Shown here: piece by piece, positions 1 through 11,501 of the stretch | How positions within the stretch are numbered: position 1 is the first letter of the stretch | How the letters are laid out: each line of letters opens with the position of its first letter | NCBI RefSeq assembly: GCF_964355755.1 | Contig: NC_092679.1 | Span: forward strand, 4,866,201-4,930,200 | Origin: Antedon mediterranea | Lineage: Eukaryota; Animalia; Echinodermata | DNA: 64,000 bases | Reading direction: 5' to 3' | Translations under genes and position numbers: made by a program | The notes under the pieces: model-generated | Told to the model about the DNA's origin: nothing | Database searches by the model: none | What the model saw: only the letters and a program-made list of their open reading frames with translations

Positions 1-3000
1 TTACGACCATACAAGAGACAATTCTCTCAACTGACGGTAAGTTCTTTTTCTGTAGTCCTACTCTGTCTTGTCGATGATGACATATTCTGATATAATTCAT
101 CAAGATCTGGCGCCATTATTATAACATAGTAAATCAACACGAACCTATAGGTTATCACAAATCCTACAGCAATAGCAATTCAAATTATTAGTTTACTTTC
201 TGTACTGTATAATTTCACATTATATTTCAGTCAATTTTGAAGCTGAATCACCAATTTTTTCTTCTATTGCCTGTAGTAGTAATAATTATCTTATAACCCA
301 ACCACCTTTAAATGATAAAAAAAGATACGAAAATATGACTGAACAAAATTATTGACATAACAAAATAAGAACCCATTCTTATTTGTGGTGTTGTAGTAAA
401 TAGTCCACAAATAATGTTATAACCCATGGCAACCATCTTTAAAATGATTTTAAAAAGATACAATAACACATTGCAACATTTATGTAATTTATTTAGACAT
501 TTGTAAAGGTTCTAAAGAAAGAATTTACAGTAAGTTCCAAGAATTACAATCTTCCTAAATTTCGGTAACAAACTCTACGTTGATTGTAGATATGCTAGAA
601 GTTGAAGATACCGCATCACCATCGAATTCACTTCTTGGTGTCACCGGCAGCACATCAAACTCGAATAAACTTTCTACCCAACAAATAATTTCCATCTCAA
701 ATGTTGAAGAAAGAAGAACTGTTAAAGACAACCACGAACTCAATACTGACCTAACCGTAACCACAGTAACAAGAAGTGACTCGACTGAAAACGCCGATGA
801 CGTTACGACCATACAAGAGACAATTCTCTCAACTGACGGTAAGTTCTTTTTCTGTAGTCCTACTCTGTCTTGTCGATGATGACATATTCTGATATAATTC
901 ATCAAGATCTGGCGCCATTATTATAACATAGTAAATCAACACGAACCTATAGGTTATCACAAATCCTACAGCAATAGCAATTCAAATTATTAGTTTACTT
1001 TCTGTACTGTATAATTTCACATTATATTTCAGTCAATTTTGAAGCTGAATTACCAAATTTTTCTATTATTGTTGTTTCTGAAACAACAATTGTCAAAGTT
1101 TCTACTATGGCTAAAGAGAGTGTCACAGGTCAGTAATGAAAAACTAGAAGTAAAAATAAGTACGTACTTAAATTTAACATAATTGTAATATAGGCTGTAC
1201 TTTCAGTTTTCTTAATTTTCATCTACGTATTAATCAACTGCTCGTTAGACTATGATAATTGAATTGATATAGGTAGATTCACTCCAGTGTCTAGTGTACT
1301 CCATATAACCCAACTTTGTGAACCCATAGAGCTCCGAAGAACGTTTTCGAAAATAAAGGCCTAACTAATCAATTTTTTAGATGGACCATACAAACTTATT
1401 GCAAGATTGACTGAAGCAGAACAAAAAACTAAACAAAAAACTGTGTAAGTTTAATGGTAAATGATTGAACGTTAAAGGTATTTATATTTGTTCAGACTTA
1501 ACCGGAAACTGAGGAAATTCGAATTGAGCCTTTCACGGACCCACGGCAGTCAGCCCCCTACTCTTTGCGAATACCAAGTTCTTTAACATACACTATGTAC
1601 ACGGAAACAACGACTTTCCGTCCCATCCGAAGGGCGCGTAAATGAGAGAAAATTATCTTGGTGGATACAGTTATGATGGTACAAATATGCTCGGGCACCC
1701 ATACCTATCACATGCGTCCGATAGTATCATTACACAATTACTCTAGATCTCCGGTACATACATCACCCGCCGCGAGGCGGTCTCCCATCTTCCAGAATGC
1801 AACCCTTGACCTGACGAGAGAACCGGTTCTTCAACGCGGTATTATTGAATTATTATTATATACATTATAATAAAAGACAACCCGTTTTGTTCTTTTACTA
1901 TCACTACCTAGATCTTCAAGTACTGTCGATATTTTCATAATGTGAACTTACTTAAAAATATTTCTATTATTCTATTATATATAAAATTCTATTTTCAGAG
2001 AAGGAGAATTTCTCCCAAGCGCCTCTGACATTGTGGAAGTTATCGTTTACAACAAAAATAACAAGTCTATCAGTACGGAATGCGAGATAGTGTTCAATAA
2101 TATTACGTTGAAGAATTTAGCTACAGAAAACGAAACGGATATTTTACATTTACCAGTTTGCCATTTTACACATGGAAGACCAAATTCGTATGTAAACTTA
2201 TTTTTGTTTATTTTATTATAATACGTCATAGTAGGGCAAAACATCTGTTTAGATTAGTACTATATTTCTTTTAAGGTAAAGGTGACGATTATTATTAATT
2301 TTAGGACATGGTCAACAGAGGGATGTTTAACGGTGTACCATTACGATTATGTCATCAGTGGTGTGACGTGTATATGCAATCATCTGACGTCATTTGTGGT
2401 TCTCTTGAAACCAAACTATGTGAGATTAAAACTTTACTCAGTCAAATATTTGTTTATGTTGCTATACCAATGTAATATTATAACGAATCACAAAAAAACC
2501 CCAGAAAAATACATTAAAACACAATTAGTAATAATAGAAAAAGACAAAATAAATACAGTACTACGGTTTCTTGCACAAATAATAAAAAGCGAAAACAGAA
2601 TGTTAATTTGTATATAATTTATATAAATATTTGTTGGTGGATTCAAACATGTACTACAAATGGAGAGAGGCATTATATACCAATAGATAAAAGATTTGGT
2701 TCTCTCTCCTTCATCTTTTTTTTGTAATGTATTAACTATATGGAAAATTGTCTGAAATAAAAGCTGAATTGAATTGAATTGTTAATGATAAATCTTATGT
2801 CTTTTGTAAAACCTGGTGAAACAAATAGAATCGTTAGTATATAGTGATATGAATGGTGTAGTATTTTATAATAACAATTAGTAAATTAAACATATGCAAA
2901 TAGCCATATTTTGTTAAAATTAACAGATGATGTCACTGAGAAAATATTAATAAGCTATTATTCTTTTAGTGGCCTTACTTGACAAAAAACGTCTTTTTTT

Positions 3001-6000
3001 GCAAAGGTTAGAATACAAATACACTTCATTAGTGCCCTAATCATTTTGTTTTGGTTATTTAGAAAAATTCACAAAATGAGAAGAGAGCAATATCTATGCT
3101 TACAAACATCACAATTGGAATGTCCAGTGTTTTTCTCATAATAACGCTTATTACGATAATCAGCATAAGGTAAGCTAATTGGTAATTGCGTCGCTGTTGT
3201 TGAAAGTAAAGCGCGGCATTTTTATCCATAGGCCTATAAACCAACAAAAGGTTTATACTAGGTCCCACTTTTCATAAAATTATTTTGAATTCTGTGTCTG
3301 TTTATCGTGTTAATATTAATTCTGAATTCAGTCACTACTTCGATTCGATTCCTATAATCAACTTCAACTTAATTTGAATTGTGAACGAGTTTGTTTCCCT
3401 TTGCCTGTGTTCGTCGAATAAACAAACTACACACGACAGAGTTAATTCAAATGCATAATGTCATTTAATATTTTAATATTGGTCGTTTTAGTTTGTTTAA
3501 TACACATACTTTGTTATATGTTTTTATTTCAGAGAACTGAGAAATTCCGACAGATATAGGTTGTTACGTCATCTGGTAATTGCTTTACTTTTGGTGCATT
3601 TTTTCTTTCCTTTCTTAAATCTAAAAGTAAGTTCTGCTTTTTTTCTTATTTAAGTCGTTTTGAAATGTTTATAGAAACTCTATGCTGATTCATTTATGAT
3701 GTTACATTTTTTTATCATTAGAGATTATCATTAACACGATACTCTATAACAAATTTATTTACAGTCTAAAAACTAGTGCACATGCAATGCACAGACAAAT
3801 AGTGACATTTTGTTTCCTAATAGATTCGTAATCAAGTTGCGTGTACTTTCCTTGCTGGATGTCTTCACTACAGCTTGATGGTAGCGTTCTTTTGGATGTT
3901 GATTATGTCAACAGATATATACATAAAGATTAAACACTCATTTATGGATCATGAAAAACGATTTGTTTACTGTCGTTACATCGCTTGGATTGCACCCGGT
4001 ATTGTTGTTCTCATAACTGCGTGCGCAACAAGAGAAAACTACGCATCTGATGGGTAAATCCTTTTTACACAATTGATCTGAGCGTACACGCGTACCGCGA
4101 GTGAACGCGCGCGTACAAAAAATGTACAATTATCAGCATTTTGACGCACGTTTAATTCACCGACCACCATAACCCATCAGCAACAATAATGAAGGAGAAT
4201 CATTCATTACCTCCGCCAAGGAGGTTATGTTTTCACCCCTGTATGTTTGTGTGTGTGTTTGTGTGTTTGTGTGTTTGTGTGTGTGTCTGTGAACAGCCTG
4301 GAGGCCACAGTTTTTATCCGATTCTAACCAAATTTGGACACAATGATCTATGGCCAAAAAGCTCAGACGAGTTCGAATTTGAGGGGGAAAGGTCATAGGT
4401 CAAGGTCACAACTAACAAAAAACTATTTTACTGCCTAGAGACCACAGTTTTGATCCGATTCTCACCAAACTTAGCCACAATGATCAATGACACATCATAT
4501 AATTGTGGTTAAATTTTGAAGGGTCAGGGTCAAAGATCAAGGTCCACAAAAAAAAAAAAAAATAAATAAAAAAAAAAACCCTCAGTGTGACTTGAACCAG
4601 CGATCTCAACTGTGAGAGGCTGGACACATAACCATTACACCACACTGTCATCCACAACTTTGCAGTGTGCAGTTAACATATTTACACTTAGAACTAATAA
4701 AAAAAAATGTAAAAAAAATATATTCAGGGGGAATTTTATGTAGGGGAATTTTACAGTAGGCGGAGGTTTGTACTCTCGGAGTACCCTCTAGTTTTTAATG
4801 TTTCAATTTTTGTAATACAATATTTTCAGACTTTTGTCTGCTTTTTCTAAATTTGTAATACATAAATAAATTAGACCGACAACAATTGACCGGAACCTGG
4901 AATGTTCGAATTGTATGACAAGTTTGTTCCATAAACATGAATCGCATTTGTTTAGTTGTAAAACAATTGCATATTCGATGCTTAATGTAATTTATGAGTT
5001 TCTAATTGAATGCAACAGTATTTTTTAATTAAATAAACTTTCTATATATTTTTAAAAACTCATTAGATGTTGGTTGGACACTGACTCGGGTGCAATATGG
5101 ACTTTTATTTCTTGTGTCTGTATTACTATCATGGTAAATATTGTTCAATGTATATTACTCAGTATCGGTGATATGAGAGGTGAAGAATTTGGAAATTACA
5201 TATTCACCATAACATACGCTATCAATGTGCTGTTTTACATTTTATTTTGTAGATCGTTCTTGTTCAGATGACTGTTGTTGGGGTTTTAATTTACAAGAAG
5301 TCCAAGCTACCAAATCAGAGTAAAAATGACATTGACACTCTTAAACGGCTGAGGTAATTTTAAAATACACTCAAAAGATATTCAATTGAGCTACGATATT
5401 TTCCTTTTGATTTTACTTTTTGGGACTTTGCCACTTTCAAAACTCAAAAGAAATGTATTACCATTTTAAAGACACATCGTTCTTTTCCAGTTTGTTTTAT
5501 TCTCATAAAATATTTGTAAATTAAAAAGATGTTCTTTTTTATTGTTGTTTTGAAAGAAATAAATGTTAAATTGAATTGAATTGAATATATGTAGCCTACG
5601 CACTTTTGTTGGCGCAGCTTAAATAGAATACCGTTTTATTATAAGAATAACTACATGTCGAGCAGCATTGATTTGACAATTAAATATAATACCGGTAGCC
5701 TACGTACTTTTGTTGACGCAGTTTAAGTAGAATACTGTTTTATTATGAGCAGCATTGATTTGACATTTTCTTAATGTACACCTATTTTAAATTAAACAGA
5801 ACCATGATAGGAGGTTTGCTGACCGTTACTCCAGTCGTTGGAATTCCTTGGATGTTTGGTATAATTATAATTTTTGATGATTCTGAGACAATGCAATACA
5901 TATTCGTTATTTTGAATAGCACGCAGGGATTCTTTATTTGGCTGACACAGTGCTTTTTTAGCAATGAGGTAATTAACCTGCGCGTACAAACCATGATAAT

Positions 6001-6275
6001 CAGTATTACTAGTTTCACATATGGCGTTCCATACGTATAACAAATGAGCCCAGAACGCTTTATTTTTTTTCCTATCCAATTAAGGCAGAAATCATGAATA
6101 CTTAATTACCTTTTGTTTTGTGAAACAATTAACACGATTGTCACATGTGTACTATAAGCAAATGTGTTTTATTTCACTTATATTTCAGGTAAGACGTGCA
6201 GTGAAGAAGAGTTTGAACAACAAAATAGGACCTATCTTTGATAACACCAGTTCTAATACTATTAACACACGTTAG
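1..6275 (+). CDS. Adhesion GPCR (GAIN/GPS + 7TM), 3' portion of a multi-exon gene that starts upstream of the window
   Basis: In-frame GT-AG exon chain: <1-36, 1033-1128, 1381-1444, 1999-2187, 2305-2419 (GPS: TWSTEGC...CICNHL|TSFVVLL), 3063-3169 (TM1), 3533-3626 (TM2), 3824-4053 (ACTFLAGCLHYSLMVAFFWML, TM3-4), 5067-5133 (CWLDTDSGAIWTF), 5253-5353, 5800-5968 (GIPWMFG...LNSTQGFFI), 6189-6275 (VRRAVKK...TR*). Splice phases are consistent throughout. Confidence 0.92.
497..838 (+). pseudogene. Duplicated Ser/Thr-rich stalk exon of the adhesion GPCR carrying an in-frame TAA (556-558); probable pseudo-exon
   Basis: Positions 1-~260 are repeated almost identically at 803-~1060 (802-bp period). The exon bounded by the ttag acceptor (496) and gtaagt donor (839) reads ...QELQSS*ISVTNST... 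Confidence 0.55.
1495..1790 (-). mobile_element. Degenerate Deu-domain-like SINE
   Basis: Contains cccctactctttgcgaa...gttctttaac...ccatccgaagg, the reverse complement of the Deu/Nin core; related to the copies at 17281 and 26700. Boundaries approximate. Confidence 0.5.
4207..4792 (+). mobile_element. Non-autonomous Helentron-type element (HINE/DINE-1-like)
   Basis: 5' TTACCTCCGCCAAGGAGG subterminal palindrome, then a (GT/GTTT)n microsatellite, a 3' subTIR GGCGGAGGT (4759-4767), a GTACTC-tcg-GAGTAC hairpin and a CTAGT end followed by a T run. Confidence 0.7.
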
Positions 6276-6277
6276 AC

Positions 6278-6535
6278 GTGGAGCACTGTGGCGCAATGGT
6301 TAGACCATTAGACTTGCAATCAAGAGGTTGTCGGTTCAAGCCCCGGCTCGGTGACTGCAGTGTTGAGTCCTTGTTCCTCCCTAACCGGTATGTAAAAAGT
6401 ACTGGGAAGGTAAATCAGACTCGACTCGTGTGTAGTGGAGTCTGGCCCAAACGCTAAAGAAATGGAGATGGGCACCACGGCCGTTAGCATTAGCTTAGGT
6501 TTCGACTTTACCTTACCTAAACGTCCATCGAAATG
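6278..6535 (+). mobile_element. tRNA-derived SINE immediately after the GPCR stop codon
   Basis: A-box TGGCGCAATGG and B-box GGTTCAAGCCC, followed by a non-tRNA body and a ttaccttacc tail; no proper acceptor stem. Confidence 0.7.
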
Positions 6536-6845
6536 AAAGAAGTGGAGGACCATATATATTTATTAACTAAGAACTAATTTAATGTTGTATTTTACGTTAT
6601 AAGCACATACTGTACATTAAATGATACTTTTTAAAGCATTAGGTCTACTTGGTTAGCACTGTTATTTATCAATTTGTAATTGAGATAACTTAACGTATGC
6701 CAACAGAAAATAAGTAGAGTATTTATTTATTTTTATTTTTGTATTTAAAAACATATTTATTCATGTATAGATGTAGCACCTGTTTTACATTTTGTCCCCC
6801 TGCGTGGTTCAACCAACATGTTTTATTTATTGTTGTTTCTATGGC

Positions 6846-6917
6846 AGTTTGAATAGTCTCCCGGAGAGGACAAATAGCCACAGTTTGAATAGTCTCCCGG
6901 AGAGGACAAATAGCCAC
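6846..6917. repeat. 36-bp tandem duplication
   Basis: cagtttgaatagtctcccggagaggacaaatagcca occurs twice in tandem. Confidence 0.85.
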
Positions 6918-8834
6918 ATAGCCATTAAGGCTAGTGGCAAATAAAGCAAATACATTTAAAGATATTATTATTGTATGAGATGATTATCGTTGTGGAGAGC
7001 CTCTCAAATGTTATTTTTGTTACAACATTTAGGTAATCCTGCCTCATTGATAAATGATATGATAAATATGATATGTATTTAAAGAATATTACCTAAATAT
7101 TTTACTGAATAAATAGTAGCAATTACAGAAAATCTTTCATTTTTTGTTATTCAGTGTATTGTTTACATATAAGGACATCTTATTCATTTCAAGACATTAA
7201 AACAAATATTTGGTAAACGAATTCCAAACAATCGAAAGGTAAATGAAGAGATATCACAAATAAATACATTGAATTCATTCGTTATTAAATCATTACGGCC
7301 GTATCAGGGAAACTGAAAATCATTATTTATATGTCTATGTCTTTTCAATGGAGTCAATGGTGACCAATTCAATCTTTAAAGTCATTTAGTAGAGGAAACT
7401 CAGATTTACAGGCTTAGGCCAAAGTAGTAATGAAATATGAAGTGTAAAATCTTTTATTACGACCGTACTAAAATTAAACATGGATTAAGGAATAGAAGGA
7501 TTTACATCGACGGTGACATCAAACGATATCCCAACGCGCTTACATACAAAAGCACTTCTGCGTGCCAATCATGGAGTTATTAATTTTATAACTCCATGTG
7601 CCAATTATGGAACTGCTGACTCTTGTAGTTAAAGTAATCGTATTACTTTAGCAGTCCCATGACCAATTTCATATTTTTACATTGTATATTATGTTTTGTT
7701 GGTCAAATAAATAAATGAAATTAAATTAAACAAACACGCTCGTTGAACTTCCGTGTCTCTAACCGCGGCCCTTTATAGAACGCTGAGAATCAACTGTTAC
7801 ATTTTTTTTAGAACAAAACGAAGCCATGTAGAAATCGTATGCGCAGTCTGATTGTTCTATTGGCATGTCTGCGTCGATGATTAGTTGACAACAACAATAT
7901 ATTTCTTTTCCAAACGCGAAAGGATTATTTCGTACACGAATTTTTATTCAATAGGCCTACGAATATTCCATTTCGATTAATATATTTAATTTTATAAAAA
8001 CTTCACTGTGCTTTGACAAGAATATGTGTTGTAATATATGGTCCCAGAGCATATAAAAGAGTTACGACATTGAAGATTAGAAGCCATTAAAAGTCTCTTT
8101 TGTATATGGCTTTCTGTGTGTTTTTTTAGAGCCATAATTATATATATGGCTCTGTTTTTTTTACACAAACTGCGCCGCCAACGTTATTAACATTCAGAGA
8201 CTCGTTCATCATTTCATTTGTAATAATTTGCCTTTATTATTTAAATATTGTTCATACCCTTTTCAGTATATTAACAAATATATCCACAAAACTTTATTAT
8301 TTTATTTAGTCATCATAGCATGGATTATGAATTGAAAATATTACATAATTGTTATTAATACGACGTAGTTATGGGATGTTTTGTTCCAAAACCAATCAAT
8401 CGAACTTTATAATGTACTAGCGCACGCGCGCGCAATATTCTTTGCCGCAACTACTTCTGTACGCTGTGCACATCGATATTTCATCGTAAAATGTGCAATT
8501 ACATTTAGAAAACTACAACCATTTGTCAATAAACATAGGCCTACACATCATACAACGTACATGTCTAGCCTTACAAATTTTTCAAAACTTTCTATTATTT
8601 AAAAGTCGAAGATAGCCAGGTCTCGGGTCCATTCTATTGAATTGTCGCCACAGATTGATATCTTCATCAGTACTTCTATGAATGGATGATTAGGTGGGAA
8701 CACGAACGCTAGTTGATCATACCCAGTACCGTTTGATCATACGATTAATCGGGAAACCACCTCACGACATTTTTTTAAATATAAGAAGTTGAAAGTATTT
8801 TGTTGCTCCTATACTTTACATGCATTAAGGGAGA

Positions 8835-9930
8835 CAAGTTGTCTGTGTTATCGGGCGTTCCGCAGGGCTCGATCCTGGGCCCGCTTTTGTTTAATTTATT
8901 TATCAACGATCTTCCTTTAAAATTTAATCATTCCGAGTCTCTTTTATTTGCTGACGATCTGAAATTGTTTAAAGTGATTACCACTCCACAGGATGCTTTT
9001 TCACTTCAGGAGGATCTGGATGGTCTCGTGGAATGGACGGAGAAGTGGGGGATAAAACTTAATGCTAATAAATGCAAATATTTATCAATAACACTTAAAA
9101 AAAGGCCTGTGCTCTTCAATTATAATCTGAGTGGACATGATCTTGAGATGGTTTATGTATGGAAAGATTTAGGTATTTTTATTGATAGTAAATTAAATTT
9201 TTGTTCACATATTAATCATGTGTTGTCAAAAGCTAATAGAATGATGGGCTTAATATGGAGAAATTGTAGGTTTATGAACGACGGCAGGGCACTTTTATCT
9301 TTATACAAATCTATTATACGTCCTCACCTTGAATATTGTTCCGCAATTTTCAATTCAATTTCTCCATGTCAGGCCCGTCGAATCGACACTGTTCAACGGA
9401 AGTTTGTTCGATTCCTGTCTTATAACTGTGTTAATTTTGCCTTTTCCATTGATTCTGTCAGCAATCGTCGAACGATATCTGATATGGTTTTTTTATATCA
9501 TATTTTAAATTCTAAATATGACTGTTCATTAATTTCACTATTTAGTTTAAATGTTCCTGGTCGTACACGAAATAGACATTTATTGCATATTCCTTTTAGC
9601 CGTGTCGACTGTACTAAGAGGGGACTTTTTCATAGACTACCTTATACATTTAATAATCTAAATAGCAATCATATCGATATTTTTAATGATAGACTTGGTT
9701 ATTTTAAGAGGACGATGATGTGTTCACTTCTTGAACAGTCTGCATAACCTGTTTTAATTGAAATTTTTTATGGCATGCCAATCTATGTTTTATATATATA
9801 TATATATATTTTATCTGTATTTTATTGTTAACCGTTTTTGATGTTGTATTGTTTTATGTTTCAAACCTGTTAGTGGCGGTATTTATCGCTGTTGGTTTTG
9901 ATTGAATAAAATAAAATAAATAAAATAAAA
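8835..9930 (+). mobile_element. 5'-truncated LINE (CR1/L2/Jockey group), C-terminal half of reverse transcriptase plus 3' UTR
   Basis: Uninterrupted ORF with SGVPQGSILGPLLF, LLFADDLKLF, KDLGIFID and IRPHLEYC motifs; stop at 9747; (TAAAA)n tail at 9906-9930. Confidence 0.93.
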
Positions 9931-10193
9931 GTTTGACACAAATTGATCTGCATATCACGTGACTATAATCCAATTTCGTAACTCTTTATATATATGGCTC
10001 TGGGATAGACTAATTGACTGAGCTATAGGCTAGGAATTAACAGTTTTGACTTCCTAGTTTGGAGAGGGCGCTGCTCCATGCTGTGTGAAATGGCGTCGCC
10101 CAGTTTGACCTTTTAACCCTGTACTTCCGATACTGTGTTTTGAATGCAAATTGAAGAACAGGAGATTCTTGAGTTATAAGTTCTTTGGCTTAA

Positions 10194-10372
10194 AGCTTGG
10201 TTCCCACTAGAACGTAACGCAAGGACGTAAACGCAACGCAAGCGTTTTAACCAATGACAAGCGAAGTTATAGACAGTTAGCAATCACAAGCGAATAAGCC
10301 ATCGCTTGTGATTGGTCAATTCACTTGCGTTGCGTTACGTCCTTGCGTTGCGTCGCTAGTGGGAACCACGCT
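10194..10372. mobile_element. PIF/Harbinger-like MITE
   Basis: TIRs agcttggttcccactag / ctagtgggaaccacgct, internally palindromic, TAA on both sides. Related partial copies near 31490-31556, 35155-35243, 35745-35852, 49600-49706, 58376 and 60081. Confidence 0.75.
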
Positions 10373-10375
10373 TAA

Positions 10376-10706
10376 CCAGTACATTACGTTAAGCCGGTCT
10401 GGGCGCATTACATATCCTCGCTGGAACACTGAACGTCTACGTAGATCCTTTCTCCCATCTGCTATGAGGCATTTTAATGTAATGTGGAAAAGATAAACGC
10501 AATAAGTATTTTAGCTGTATTTTTAACTCAATTTGTATTTTTTGTGCCCTTTTTTAACTTTTTATATGACAACTTGTTCTCAGTTTTATGTGATTTTATT
10601 CTTTTTTACTATTTAGTGCGACAATGTTTTTAGACTTTCAGCCAAAGTTTCAAGCCATTCATGAGTTTGACAATAAAGTTTATTGAATTGAATTGAATTG
10701 AATTGA
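10376..10706 (+). mobile_element. LINE 3'-end remnant
   Basis: Encodes ...RWNTERLRRSFLPSAMRHFN, a typical LINE ORF2 C-terminus, followed by caataaag and an (ATTGA)n tail. Confidence 0.65.
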
Positions 10707-11483
10707 GACATTACATAGAATTATGATAATCTATTTTGCAATTTTAAACTATTTTATAATACATATTTATTAACAAACTAGTGTAGGCCTACAATCTACA
10801 TTCACTTTTACAGACAATTATTAATTTACTAACATGCTAAATTAGTTCACAAAAAAGGCCTAACACAGCAACACCAAAAATCAACGAATCGTTACTCAAC
10901 ACGGCCTATTCTTTACCATTGCCGCGTAGGCCTACTACTCTACGCCCGGTAAATTAAGTATTGTTTTTATGATATAGATTAGTATAAAATACATGTTATT
11001 AATAGGATAAAATGTTAAATTTCATTAACATTTATTTGTTTTACCAGAAACAAGTTAAATATATGAATATTATAAAACTATCCTTCGTGAAAACGCGCAA
11101 ACACCAACACGCCCGGTCACGCTATCGTAGCGCCCGGCCGGTTGATAAAGCGAACTGTTTATACGGCAGTTTTTACTAAATAAATTGCCTAAAACGAACA
11201 ATTAAATATCCAAACAGCATTTAACATGATGTTGGCATGTAGTTTTGATAACATTTTTTATCATGAAAATACTACCGGTGGGTCCAGCCTTTGATTAGTG
11301 AAACCGTCACAACAAGTTGTATACATAGATACATCCTCACTTATGGCGGCGCCCTACCACATGGACAATATTACTGTTACATGGAAAATCGCGGATTACT
11401 CATTCTTGTGATTATATTCTTTGCTAATTATCATATCCGTTAACTTTACACTTTGACCTGAATCGTGGACCCGGTGTGTTTGA

Positions 11484-11491
11484 CCTCTTTT
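11484..11491 (+). promoter_or_regulatory. Putative TCT initiator / 5'TOP pyrimidine tract of EEF1G
   Basis: CCTCTTTT ending 10 nt upstream of the ATG; typical of translation-factor and snoRNA-host genes. Confidence 0.6.
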
Positions 11492-11501
11492 AACATTAAC
11501 C

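Noticed and set aside
6278-6352. Possible tRNA gene (also 62205-62279)
   Set aside because: A and B boxes are present, but the acceptor stem does not pair and the sequence continues into a SINE body and tail.
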